Below, in pieces: positions 12,728-25,759 of a stretch of 64,000 nt of DNA (within the stretch, counting starts at the first letter, position 1; every line of letters starts with the position of its first letter). The notes beneath the pieces are model-generated. The model was not told the DNA's origin. It was given only the letters and a program-made list of their open reading frames with translations, and ran no database searches. Location: NCBI RefSeq assembly GCF_009914755.1, contig NC_060932.1; one strand, 5' to 3'. The position numbers and the translations under genes are program-made. Source of the stretch: the human T2T-CHM13v2.0 reference genome, Homo sapiens.

Positions 12728-15700
12728 AATGGCATATAAGAAGTTGGAAGTCACTACTCCCTTGCAACAGTAAGTAAAAAGCTGAACAAACTGAAACATC
12801 AACATATTTTCTTAGATAAAGCATGGAAGTGAGGTCACATGGAAACTGCTACCTTAACATGAAGGAGACAGGCAGATACTGAGAAGGACTCCTTGCTAGA
12901 ACAGAAACCCATGAGCAGCAACCTCCTTGGGAACCAGGGCCAGGGTAGAGCATCCTGAACTGTAATTGACAAATTGCTAGAGACTCAGCGTGGACCAGTC
13001 CAAGAGTTAAATCTCCAGGGAAACTTAGTCATAGGGAAGTCCCAAACACTTGTGAGTTTTACCTTGAGGAGCTCACCAGATTCTCACAGTGAATATTGGA
13101 GAAAAGTCTTTTCGTGCTTTCTTCATAGGAAGGGGGAAAGGAACCATATTGAAATATGCCAGAATATTCTGTTTTTCTTAGCAAGGTCTGCCCTCAAGAG
13201 AAACTGTTTTACCAGAGCCTAACATGCTGGGGTTTTACCAGAGCTGAACTGACTTGGGGAAATGAAATACCACCTTCCATCTGGCTCTTGCTTTCCATGT
13301 GGAACAGGCAACTGTTCAACACTAGCCCCTTCATCCTTCCATATGGGAGATGGGAAATACCCAACTCTGGCCTATGATAGCTATCTTGTCTCATCTAAGG
13401 GGATGATGAGCATGTGTGAAGTTCATAATACAGAGGTTCAGGCTCACGAAAATCGTGAGACCTAACATAAAACAATAGAACACCCTCCTCCCCTATAACC
13501 TACTACCACATTACTAACGGCCTATTTACAGCAGTTCCTTTTATCCAGCACATCATATCTAGCTATCAAGAAAAAATTGTAAGTCCTACTAAGAGGCAAA
13601 AGATCCAGTTTCCAGAGACAGAACAAGCATCAAAACCAGACTCAGATATGGCAGGAATGTTGGAATTATCAGACTGGGAATTTAAATGACTATAATTAAT
13701 ATGCTTAGGGCTCTAATGGATAAAATAGAACAGATAGACAATGTAAGCAAAGACATGTGAATCTTAACAAAAAGCTGGAAAAGAAAAACCAGATAACAAA
13801 AACAGTGTAACATAAATGAAGAATGCCTTTGGTGGTCATATGAATAGACTGGCCATAACTGAGTAGAGACTCTGATCTTGAGAGTATCTTGATAGAAACC
13901 TCCAAAACTGAAAATCAAAGAGAAAAAAAATGAAAACAAAACATCCTACAACAGAACAGAATATCCAAGAGTTGTGGGACAACTACAGAAAGAGTACCAT
14001 GCATGTAATGACAATAAGAGAAAAAAGAAAGAGAAGAAAGAGCAGAAGAAATATTTGAAATAATAATGACTGAGAATTCTCCTAAATTAATGTGAGACAC
14101 CAAACCGAAAATCCAGGAGGCACAGAGAACACCAAGCAGAGTAAATGCCAGAAAAATGACACCTAGGCATTGTTTTTGAATTACATAAAATCAAAGATAA
14201 AGTCAAAATCCTGCAGGAAGCCAAAGAAGAAAATACCTTACTTACAGAGGAGCAAGGATAAAAATTACTGACTTCTCTTCAGAAATCATGCAAGCAAGAA
14301 GAGAGTGGAGTGAAATATTTAAAGTGTTAACATAAAAACATAAAACCTAATAACCTAGAATTCTGTACCCTGTGAAATTATCCTTGAAAAGTGGAGGAGA
14401 AATTAAGACTTTCATAATCAAACAAAAGTTGAAGGAATTTGTTGCCGGTTAAGGTGCCTTGCAAGAAATGTTAAAAAAAAAAAAAAAAAAGGTTATTTAG
14501 AGAGAAAGAAAATGATACAGATTAGAAACTCAGAGCATTGCAGAAAGAATGACTGAAGATAAAAAAACAAAACAAAACAAAAAACAAAAAAAAACCCTTT
14601 TTTATTTTTAAATAATGTAGCAGAAAATGGTGTGTTCAATATAATAATAGAGGCAATGCATTTTATTATGTATGTATACTGATGTATGCTTATGTATAAG
14701 TAAAATGAATGATGGCAATAATACAAGGGATGGGAAAGAGGAATTAAGGTTATTTTACTACTATAAGGTACTCTACCCATAAAGCATTATATTTTATTTT
14801 AATGTGAGCTTGGATTAGTTGTAAATGTATGTTGCAAACACTAGGGCAAACACACACACAAAAAAGTGAAAAAAAGAGATTCAAATAATATGCTGAGAAG
14901 TAAAAGAAAGTAGAACCATACGTATTGCTCAATTAAAAACACAAAAAGCAGAAAAGAGTGGAACACAAAATAAAAACAAAGAACAAAGTCAGCAAATAGA
15001 AAACAATAACAAATATGGTAGATATTAATCCTACATCAATAGTTACCTTGAATATCAATAGTCTAAATGCACCAATTTAAAGACAGATATTGTTAGAGTG
15101 GATCAAAAAACAATATACAAGTATATGTTTTCTACAATAAATGTCCTGTAAATATAAAGAGACATTCAGTTTAAAAGTAAAGGCATGAAGAAAGATATAC
15201 CATACTAACATTAATGCAAATGAAGTGGTAATACTACATTAGTTTCAGAAAAAGCAGACTTTAGGGCAAGCAAATTTATCAGTAAGCAAGAGGGACATTA
15301 CATAAAGATAAAGGGGTAAGTTATTTAGGTAGATAAAACAATCCTTAACATGTATGTGCCTAATAAGAGAGCAGCAAAATATATGAAGCAAAAACTGATA
15401 GAACTTCAAGGAGAAATAGATGAATCCATTATTATAGTTGGAGACATGAACATTCATCTATTGGAAATGGACAGATCCAGCAGACAGAATATTAGTAAGG
15501 ACGTAGTTGAACTGAAAAACACCATCAGTCAGCTGGATATAACAAACATCTATAGACTACTTTATTCAACAACAGCAGAATACACATTCTTCTTAATTGT
15601 ATATGGAACATTCACCAAGATAGATGATATTTGGGGCCATAAAACATACCTTAACAAATTTAAAAAATATTAATCATACAATGTCTGCTTTCAGACCACA

Positions 15701-17060
15701 ATGAAATTAAACCAGAAATCACCAATAGAAAGATAGCTGAAAAATCCTCAAACACTTGGAAATGAAACAACACACTTCCAAACAACATATGGGTTAAACA
15801 AGATATTTCAAGAGAAATAAATTGATCTAAATGCAAATCAAAATAAAACTTATCAAAATTTGTGAGATACTGAGTAATCAGTGCTTAGAGTGGAATCATT
15901 AGCATTGAATGCATATATCACTAGAAAAGAAGGATCTACAATCGATCATATGGGCCAAAGATCTTAACAAATATTTCATCAAAGAAGATATACAGATGGC
16001 AAATAAGCATATGAAAAGATGCTCTACATCGTATGTCACCAGGGAAATACAAATTAAAACAATAATGAGTTAGCACCACACATCTATTAGAATGTCCAAA
16101 ATCCAGAGCACTGGCAACTCCAAATGCTTGTGAGGATGTGGAGCAATAGGAACGTTCATTCATTGTTGGTAGAAATGCGAAATGGTACAGCCGCTCTGTT
16201 AGATTGTTTGGCGTTTTCTTACAAAACTAAATGTTCTTCCATAGGATCAATCGATCACACACTTTGGTGTTTACTCAAAGGAGTTTTCCACACAAAAACC
16301 TGCACATGGATGTTTATAGCAGCTTTATTCATAATTGCCAGAACTTGGAAGAAACCAAGATGCCTTTCAGTAGATGAATGGATAAACGGTGGAATATCCA
16401 GACAGTGGAATATTATTTAGTGCTAAAAGTAAATGAGCTATCAAGTCATGAAGAAACATGGAGCAAACTTAAATGCATATTACTAAGAGATATGCTAGTT
16501 TGAAAAGGCTACATACTGTGTAATTTCAATTACATGACCTGGAAAAGGCAAAACTATGGAGGCATTAAAAAGATCAGTGATTGCCGGGGATTACAGGGGA
16601 AGTGGAGATGAATAAGAAGCACACAGAGGATTTTTGGGGCAACTAGTCTCTATCACACTACAATAGAGAACATATGTCTTTATACATCTGTCCAAATCCA
16701 TTACATTTGCAGTACTGAGTGAACCTGGATGTAAACTCTGTTAATGACTTTATCTTGGACTTTTCAGCCTTCAGAACTCTGAGAAATACATTTCTGTTGT
16801 CTGTAACCTACCCAGTCTATGATATGCTTTTTTAGTAGCCCAAACAGACTAAGGTATAAACTGTAGACTTTGGATGATAAGGATATATCTGTATAGGTTC
16901 AGCAATTGTATTAACTCTACCAATCTGGCAGAGGATGTTAATAGTTGGAGAGGCTATGCATATGTGCTGGCAGGGGTATGTAAAAAGATCTCTGTACCTT
17001 CTGCTCAATTTTGCTATGAAATTAAAACTGCTCTAAAAAATAAAGTCTATTAAAAAAAAC
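12728..17060 (+). mobile_element. Old L1 (L1MC-type): 5' region, ORF1 remnant, endonuclease remnant, internal deletion, 3' UTR
   Basis: ORF 15350-15673 encodes L1 endonuclease motifs (IIVGDMN, YTFF, TFTKIDDIWGHK); ORF2 C-terminal remnant at 16124-16420; 3' end CTGCTCAATTTTGC...AATAAAGTCTATTAAAAAAAA. Confidence 0.9.
16741..16853 (+). mobile_element. MaLR LTR 3' fragment inside the L1MC 3' UTR
   Basis: ATCTTGGACTTTTCAGCCTTCAGAACTCTGAGAAATACATTTCTGTTG...CAGACTAAG. Confidence 0.75.
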
Positions 17061-17199
17061 TTAGGGAATGCCTCCACACTTTCCTTAGTCACTTAGAAAG
17101 CCATTCAAGCTATTTAGAAAACTTTGAATGTGCACTGTATGTATGTGTGTGTGTGTATATATTTGTGTGCATGCATGTGTGTGCATGTTTGTGGGATGG

Positions 17200-17612
17200 C
17201 ACTATGGTTTGAATGTGTCCTCTCCAAAATTCATGTTGTAACTTAGTCCCCCTTGTGGTGGTTTTCAGAGGTGAGGTCTTTTGGGAAGCGATAAACTCTT
17301 AAGGGCAGAGCCCTCATGAATGGATTAGTGCCTTGTAAAAGGACTGAAACAAAAGGGCCTGGAGGGAACTCAGCCTTCCTTCTTTGTGTTTCTGCCCTTT
17401 GGCTATGTGAGGACGCAGCTTTCGTTCCCTCTAAGTCTCAGCAACAAGGCACCATCTTGGAAGCAGAGACCTAGTGCTCACTAAATGCCAAACCTGCCAG
17501 TACCTCAATCTTGGACTTCCTAGCCTCCAGAACTATGAGGAATACATTTTAATTATACATACAGTACCCAGTTTCAGGCATTTTATTATAGCAGCATGAA
17601 CAGACTAGGACA
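17200..17612 (+). mobile_element. MaLR solo LTR (MST/MLT1A-type)
   Basis: CTATGGTTTGAATGTGTCC start; TTGGACTTCCTAGCCTCCAGAACT...TTATAGCAGCATGAACAGACTAGGACA end. Confidence 0.85.
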
Positions 17613-19619
17613 GATACTATGACATCTTTGTTAAATTTAATGGGCAAGTGATCACCTTTTGGGGGCATTTAAGCAACCTTAAAAACAATGGATTAATCTC
17701 TATAATCTTATAATCAATCCCCTACTTTTAGAAAAATTATTCAGGATCTGCTGGTAATAAAATGCCTGAGATGATCATATCTTGTTATTTATTTGGGGTA
17801 TAAACGTAATGACGGTGTCACTTCAGATGTCTATAATGCTGGAGTTTGCCAAAAAGAGTGATGCAGAGAGAAATGATTGTTCTCTGAAAAAAGGAGGAGG
17901 GAAAAACAAGATCTCCCAACCTGGTGTTAAACCTGCTAGAAATTCACACAATGACTAGGAAAATACATGAACGTCTGCAACACCTGTCTTCTTTTTTAGG
18001 AAGTGTGTGTGCCTGTTGGGGTGTGTGTGTGTGTGTAATGGGAAGTGTGTGTGGTGTGTGTGTGTGAGAAAAGTGTAGGGAAAATGGGAATATGAAACTA
18101 TAAATAGAGAAGATTATAGATTTAGTATAAGGATGTTTGGTCCTGACTCCTGCTTTCTGATTACCTAAGAGAAACTAACCATTTTAAAGAATATGTCTTA
18201 TTAGTTTATAAAAGCTTTTAATCAGAAAGCATATAAATACTATAAAAATTTTTAAATGATTATGATATTTTCTTTTTCCTTTTAATATTTTATTTCTTTT
18301 TGGTCTATTTCCCATGCATCTCTTTTGCATTGCTTTAGCCACAGTGTATGTACTAATTTGCATCTTCTTTGCTCACTAATAATATAACCTTTTTCACGTT
18401 GCTAAATCATTTTCATTACCAGTCATTTTAATCTTTATATAGCACTGTAAGACCGAATCTACATATTTGTGAAATTCTCACCCTACTATCAGAGTCTAAT
18501 GGATTTTCGTTTTTTACTACTATAAATACTGCCTGGTGGTCATCTTAGTGCACAATGCCTTTCCCACATTTTGTTTTCTTTTCTTTTAAGGATATTTACA
18601 GAATAAAATAACTGGCTAAAGGGGTATGAATACATACATGGTTAGATTTGTAGAGGCCTATTTCTTGAGAAGAAAGAGATGGTTAGGTTTTACCAGTGCA
18701 CCCTTCTGAAGTCCCACTTCCCCAGGTCTTATCAACAATACTGTTTCCGAAAGATGTAGTACATCACTGCTGATTCATAAGTTGACGAACTCCTTTTAAT
18801 TCCTGTGGCCAGCATAATTCCAACAGAGCTCTGAATCATCCTACTTCTTAAATAGAAGTAGAGCCTAAATTATAGCGAAAGCCAAGCATGTTCTGAATTT
18901 TATTTCCCTTGCTTCCAGATATGGACAGTAAAAATTTACCTTCTGGATGAGACTGATAGTGGCTTAGTAGCTCAGAATAGATATGGTGTTGGGGAGAGGG
19001 TGGGAATTGCAAGCAGCTCACCTATTTCTAGAGCAGTGCAGGAGAGTCCCAGAATGGAACCAAAGGGATGCATGAAAAATGGCTTAAATATTAGGCAGCT
19101 ACCTCTTGTCATTCTGGTCCGAGTGAGTGAAGAAAATACATAAATAAAAATTAAATAAAAGAAAAGGGCTAAAAATAAAAATCACACAAAGCGAATGAAA
19201 CTGAAACTTTGAATACAAATACAATTATATGTCTTTGGGTGAAATTCATAACCAATTTTCGGCAATACCCACCTGACTTGCTCACTGAATTGTGAAACGA
19301 GAGAATATAAATCAGAGTTGACAACGAGATCTTATTTTCCTCTTTAGAGGTTTTAACTGAATAATAAATCATACACATCCAGCATCATGGAACTCATAGG
19401 ATACGGTTCCATTCTCTGTTTTGGTGCCTACAAACAATAATTCCTACTATGTGGTACATGTAGAGAGAGAACCTCCCTTCCTCTTGCTGTCACCTCCTGT
19501 TCTAATTAAGCAGATCCATAAGGATGGAGATTTGTTTACTCTACCTAGAAAGCAGAGAATCAGCTACTCCTCTGAAAAATATTCAGGCTTCAGTCTTCTC
19601 TGAATGTTACTATCAAATT

Positions 19620-20600
19620 ATTTTTTTAAAACACAATTTTCTTACTTTAAATATTACATGTGATACATAAACATCTGCCAGTTAAAAACTAAAGGACTCA
19701 GATACATACAGAACAACAAATCATAATTTTTGCTTATCCTCTTCTTCAATCACCACAGCTGTCTCAGAATTAACTTCATTAATATAATTAGCTATAGAAG
19801 TATTTGATGTCTATCTCTTCACACTTTTCCTGTATGTTTTATATATGTATATGTTGCATATATACAGACTCGTATATGATTACACAGTATATTGTACATG
19901 TTATAAACATTGTTTTGTGAATAATTTTAATATGTTTTGGAGTATTTCTCTGTCACTATATATATGTGTACATATATACATACATACAATTATACACACA
20001 CATATATACATGTGGCTACCTCATTCTATTTAAATGTTACATTACATTCCATTTATATCTGTACAATAATTTACTTAATATTTTATTATTAAAGAATACT
20101 TAGATGATTTCCATAGTTTGACTTTAAAAGGCAATGCTGCAGCAAAATGTGTGTGTGTGTGTGTGCGTGTGTGTGTGTGTGTGTGTATTTGTAAATATAT
20201 CCTTAGGATAGATTTCAATAGATTTCAAGAGGTACAATAACTGTGTCAATTAGGTTTGGACATTTACAATTTTTATAAACCTTGTCAAATTGTTCTTCTA
20301 TATATAGAAGAATAGTGTTCTCCCACAAACTTGCCAATAGTGGAGATTATCAATATATTTATTAAATTATGTTTGTAATATTAGTATGTACTATTATATA
20401 TATATTTATAATATTCAACTATAACATAGTTGAAAAATGTTGCCTCTTGTTATTGATGTTATATCTCTAAATACTAGTGAGATTGAATATATTTTAAATG
20501 TTTCTTGCCTAAATTGTATTTCTTTTTTTGTGAATTTCTATTTAAATTCTGTGAATTTCTATTTTCTCATTTTTTCTTCTTTCTTTGTTTTTTTAATTGA
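19620..20600 (-). mobile_element. Highly diverged L1M 3' fragments
   Basis: Antisense L1 3'-type motifs (TTAGATGATTTCCA...AATGCTGCAGCAA, ACTAGTGAGATTGAATAT). Degenerate; boundaries approximate. Confidence 0.5.
20148..20186. repeat. (TG)n microsatellite
   Basis: About 19 TG units with one CG interruption. Confidence 0.95.
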
Positions 20601-20611
20601 TTCCTGGGAAA

Positions 20612-20615
<4 letters not shown>

Positions 20616-20655
<40 letters not shown>
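20616..20655. repeat. (TA)n microsatellite
   Basis: About 18 near-perfect TA units. Confidence 0.95.
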
Positions 20656-20660
<5 letters not shown>

Positions 20661-20900
20661 TTTGAGGGGGGAGATCAAAAGCATTTATCTTAGGTGTTTA
20701 CTGACTGATTTTCTAGGAAGAGGGTGGTAGGAGTGGGAATTGAGAAAAGAAACACAACGTATTATTCTCTTATTACTAGTGTTGGTCTATAGAGACGGCT
20801 GTCCTTGTAGCTTAGAAAAATAGATGGCACTCTGTGATATTTAAGAAAGATTATGAAATATATTTTAATAATTGAATGAGTATATATGTAAAGCCACTGA

Positions 20901-20999
20901 CATCCAGTATGCTCCCCACTCATTTCTGTGTTTTAGTTTATATTTTCATCCAGTATGTTCCCCACTCATTTCTGTGTTTTAGTTTATATTTTCATCCAG
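20901..20999. repeat. 46-bp tandem duplication (2.15 copies)
   Basis: CATCCAGTATG(C/T)TCCCCACTCATTTCTGTGTTTTAGTTTATATTTT at 20901-20946 and 20947-20992, one mismatch. Confidence 0.95.
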
Positions 21000-21018
21000 C
21001 ATTTACATGCAGGTTTCT

Positions 21019-21629
21019 TTTTTTTTTAAAAAAAAAAAAAAGCTTATTTCAATAGTTGTTGGGGTACAGGTGATTTTTGGTTACATGGATGAATTCTTCA
21101 GTGGTGAATTCTGAAATTTTTGTGTACCTGTCACCCAAGCGGTGTACACTGCACCCAATATGTAGTCTTTTATTTCTTACCTATTTCCCAACCTCCCCCC
21201 ACCTGGTCCCCAAAATTGATTATATCACTGTATGATTTTGCATCTTCACGGCTCAGTTCCCAATTGTAAGTGAGAAAATCCACTCCTGTGTTACTTCACT
21301 TAGAACAATGGCCTCCAGCTCCACCCAAGTTGCTGCAAAAGAGATTATTTTGTTCCTTTTATGGTTGAGTAGTATTCTGTGCTGTATATATACAACCTTT
21401 TTTAATCCACTTGTTGATTGATGGGCACTTAGATTGGCTCCATATCCTTGTGATTGTGAATTGTGCTGCTATAAACATGTGTGTTCATGTGTCTTTTTCA
21501 TATAATAACTTATTTTCCTTTAAGTAGATACCCAGCAGTGGGATTGCTGGATTGGATGGTGGATCTACTTTTAGTTCCTTAAGGAATCTCCATACTGTTT
21601 TCCGTGGAAATGAATGCATAAATAAATAA
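21019..21629 (-). mobile_element. 5'-truncated L1 (L1PB-type 3' end)
   Basis: Antisense L1 3' UTR and ORF2 end; TSD ATGCAGGTTTCT at 21007-21018 and 21630-21641. Confidence 0.9.
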
Positions 21630-22058
21630 ATGCAGGTTTCTAACTGAATTCAATTCAATTCATTTATGCTAAACAAGTGGTAAGAAATTACATTTAAAAA
21701 TTTTGTTCTTGATATAATTGTTCATCAACACACTTTTTTTGTAGAAAAGACAGATCTCTATTCCTCCTCAAGAACAGATAGGTGTAAATGGTTAAATCTG
21801 CAATTTCCTGAATGTAAACTACTCTTGTAACCTGATGTCCAGTTCCAGAATAAATTATATTGATAAAATTTGTGTCAACATACAGATGTTTGAAATAAAA
21901 TCAAATTTCTTGCTTACCTGCATATTCCACTTTGTCTTCCATAATGTGAAATGTGTGAATTCATAATTTAAATGCCTACACCACTCTCATTTCTCTTTAT
22001 GGGTCTTTAGGACACTTTGCTGCTACATAGAGAATGTTATTCTCTTGTGATAGAGGAG

Positions 22059-22626
22059 CTATGGCAACACACTCTAAAACAGCTTCTAATTATCTCCATG
22101 TTTTGGTGTACATGCGTTGCATAATCCCTCCCCTTGAGCACAGGCCAGACCCGTTACTTTGTTCTAGCAATAGAATACAGTAGAGGTAATGGGATGCCAT
22201 TTCTGTGACTACATTACACAAGATTGTAACTCCCATCTTGTTAGTAGACTCTGTATGTTGACTCTTTCCCTTGCTAGCTTTGATGAAGTAAGCTGCCATA
22301 TGGTAAGGCCCACGTAGCAAGGAATTGAGGCTAGCCTCTGACCAACAGCCACTAAAGAGCTGAGGCCTTCAGTCAGGCAACATGCCAGGAACTGCATCCT
22401 GCCAAAAACCACATGCAGACCATTGGAAGCAGACCCTTCCCTAGTTAACCCCAGATGAGATCCTAAGGATGGCTGACACCTTGATTGCAGCCTTGTGAGA
22501 AATCCAGAAACAGGACCCAGGTAAATTGTGCGTGGATTCTTGACACACAGAAATTGTGGAATAATAAATGTGTTGTTTTTAGCTGTTAGGTTTGTGGTAA
22601 TTTGTTATGCAGCAATAGAAACAACA
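22059..22626 (+). mobile_element. MaLR solo LTR (MLT1E/F-type)
   Basis: TAATCCCTCCCCTTGAGC...GCTGACACCTTGATTGCAGCCTTGTGAGA...TTTGTTATGCAGCAATAGAAAC. Confidence 0.85.
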
Positions 22627-23209
22627 GGAATTGTGACAAAAAAAGAGCTAATACTGTTGTTTCTCTGACTTGCAGAGAAACAAAGATTTGCAACACAGAT
22701 GCAAGAAGGTTTTTTTGGATTTTTTTCTTAAGGGAAGTCTGATACGGGCTTTAAAAGAAAAGTTCTCTGAAGATGCTAAGGGGAAAACACGAGAAGACAA
22801 ACAAACCACAAAACTTTAGGGATTCAGGGCATGGCATATCGATTCTATATCTGTTGTGCTCCACCTGGAGAGTGCACTCAGAGTCTCAAATGAATGCCTC
22901 CTGAGGGTACTTGACGCTGCTCTGTTCTCACTTCAAAGACTACTTTAAACCTTTATTGAGGACCTCAAGCTCCAACTCCTGATTCTTACTTCATCTCTTT
23001 GCAGGTAGTCTTGACTCTTACATAATTAAGGTCAAAGTTTCTTGATATGCATTCTTTCAACTTTCTTCTCTGTATCAAAATCTTCTATTATCTTCACAGA
23101 ATCTTTCTTGTTTTCCCTTGTTCCCTCTCCTCAAAGCTAAATACCTTTCCCTAAGCCTTTATTTCATTCTTTCTAGCTAGCTCTCCTGCTGTCCTTAATG
23201 CATCAGTTA

Positions 23210-23593
<384 letters not shown>

Positions 23594-24675
23594 TCAAACA
23601 ACAACAAAACAAAGACAAATAAACAGCAACAGAGCAAAACACTTAATTCATCACAACATTGAACTACTCAGAAAAGAAAATCTGTGGTTGGGCCATCAAA
23701 GCTATTCATCAGGGACCCAAAATTTGGAGGGGACAAAGATTTAAAAATAGGGTTGAAAATAAAATGCAAATAGTAAGTATCTCTTCTCTAGCTAAAGTTC
23801 TCCACTTCTTCTCTAACTTCCATCTGACCCTAGGATCAGCCACTTTTCAGTGGTGGCATCAGGACCAGGTCATGAACAGGCGGCCTTTCTGCATTGGCTG
23901 CCTTTCTTCCACTAATATCCAATAGTATGAAAGCAAGTCTGGTATTTCTTTTTTGCTGAATGTCTTAAGAAAGTTTCCCAGTAAGTGCAGTTTGGGGCAA
24001 TTTTTCTGTCAATCTTTTATTGCACTAAAGAGCAGCTGTTTTTTTTTTTTTGTTTGTTTTGTTTTGTTTTTACCACCACTGCCTCTTTAATCCTTTGCAA
24101 TTGGGCTCCCATGTGTTCTACTGAAACTACCTTCCTAAAGGTCATTCATGATTCTGTACTCACTAAATTAAACAACCCAAATCCTATGTATCTGACCTCT
24201 CCATAATATTTAAAATTTTTTTCATTCCTTGCTTGAAGCTCACTTGGTTGTTTTTCAGAAAACACTAAACTTTGTTGATTTTTATTCCTATCACCATCTA
24301 TTCTTGTTTTGGTTTCTGTTCTCAGCTTGTTCTGTCTGCAAGATCTCCCTTAATGATATCATTCCACATTTATACCTTCAACTGTGATACTCAAATAGAG
24401 CTCTGCACTCTTAACTCCCTCCTAAACTGTACATCCACATTTCCAAATGTCCCATGGAAATCCCTGAGTGAAAGTCTTGCCTCTAACTCAACACTACCCT
24501 CAAGTAAACCCTTCCATCATCTCCACCATATCTGTCCTTTTCTGAGATTCAATTTTCCCCACCCCTCAGACTTTCTAGCTTTTATGTGATCTCGCGACAC
24601 TCACAGTTGGTTTCAAATACTTTTGCTTTTTCCTACAGTCTCAAACCTATTTCCTTATTTCAATTCCCACTTCTA

Positions 24676-24740
24676 TTTGATTAGTGCAAAAGTCATTGCT
24701 GTTTTTGCCATTAAAAGTAATGACATTTGCACCAACCTAA
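24676..24740. mobile_element. MADE1 (Hsmar1-derived MITE), internally deleted
   Basis: AGTGCAAAAGTCATTGCTGTTTTTGCCATTAAAAGTAATG...TTTGCACCAACCTAA, with TA on both flanks. Confidence 0.8.
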
Positions 24741-25477
24741 TACCACTTTACCTCTTCCTCAGCCCTCCTTGAATCTTCTGAGCTTTGTGATAAAACACTG
24801 GTGCCTAGGCCACCAATCCTTGATCTATGCTACCTTTTTCACATATTGTGGCCAGGTTCAAATGACTGTCTTGTTCAAAAGCCTTCAACATTTCCAGACA
24901 GATTTAGCAGAGCTTTTCCCTATGCTGTTAATTGCAACTTCTGTTTATGTTCATTATGGGAATTTCCCAGAGAAGTAGTATAGATATTTCTATATATGTC
25001 TCTACACCATTTTGTTAGCATCGTCGTAGCAAAAATCAAGGTTTTTTTTTCCCCTCTGTGTCTTTACTGCCTAAAATAATTTCTAAAATATAGTAGGTTT
25101 TCCAACAAACATTAGCTTTGTATATTTGTGGACTGGATAGCTCTCCTTTGATCACCAGATTAAGTTAAATGTACCCTTGTGGTTTGGTTGTGATCTGTCA
25201 TTCCAGGCTCCTTCAATTCTCTAAATTGTCCACATGTTAGAAATCACTGTGTCTTTGATAATTCAGTTTCTTCTATCAGAAGTAGCCTGATTGCTTTCTG
25301 GCTCCTCTCCCACATTTTCATTTTCCTAAAAGGCCACTGTGGTTTAATGGAAAGAATGGGTTCTGGAGTTTAGCTTTGGATTTAAATCTAACCTCTGTTT
25401 TCCCCTCACCCCATGAGCTTGGTAACAACTCTCCTTATTTTACAGGTAAATTTAAAAAATACTACCATCCTTTAAGT

Positions 25478-25759
25478 GGGCATGTTGGCTCACACCTATA
25501 ATCTCAGCCCTTTGGGAGGCCAAGGCAAGAGGATCAGTTAAGGTCAGGAGTTCACGACAAACCTGGGCAACATAGCAAGACTGTGTCTCTACAAAATTTT
25601 TTTTAAATTAGCCTGACATGATGGCACATACCTGTAGTCCTGGCTGTTGGGAAAGATTGCTTGAGCCCAAGAGTTCCAGGCTGCAGTGAGCTATGGTCAT
25701 TGCCATTGCACTCCTGCCTGGGTGACAGAACAAGATCAAGTCTCAAAAAAAAAAAAAAA
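25478..25759 (+). mobile_element. Alu SINE (AluJ-type) inserted in a MIR
   Basis: CTGGGCAACATAGCAAGAC and GGCTGCAGTGAGCTATG are AluJ diagnostics; TACCATCCT on both flanks; MIR-like sequence on either side. Confidence 0.92.

Noticed and set aside
21911-21920. Strong minus-strand donor CAG|GTAAGC
   Set aside because: There is no matching acceptor at a plausible distance, and isolated donors are common.
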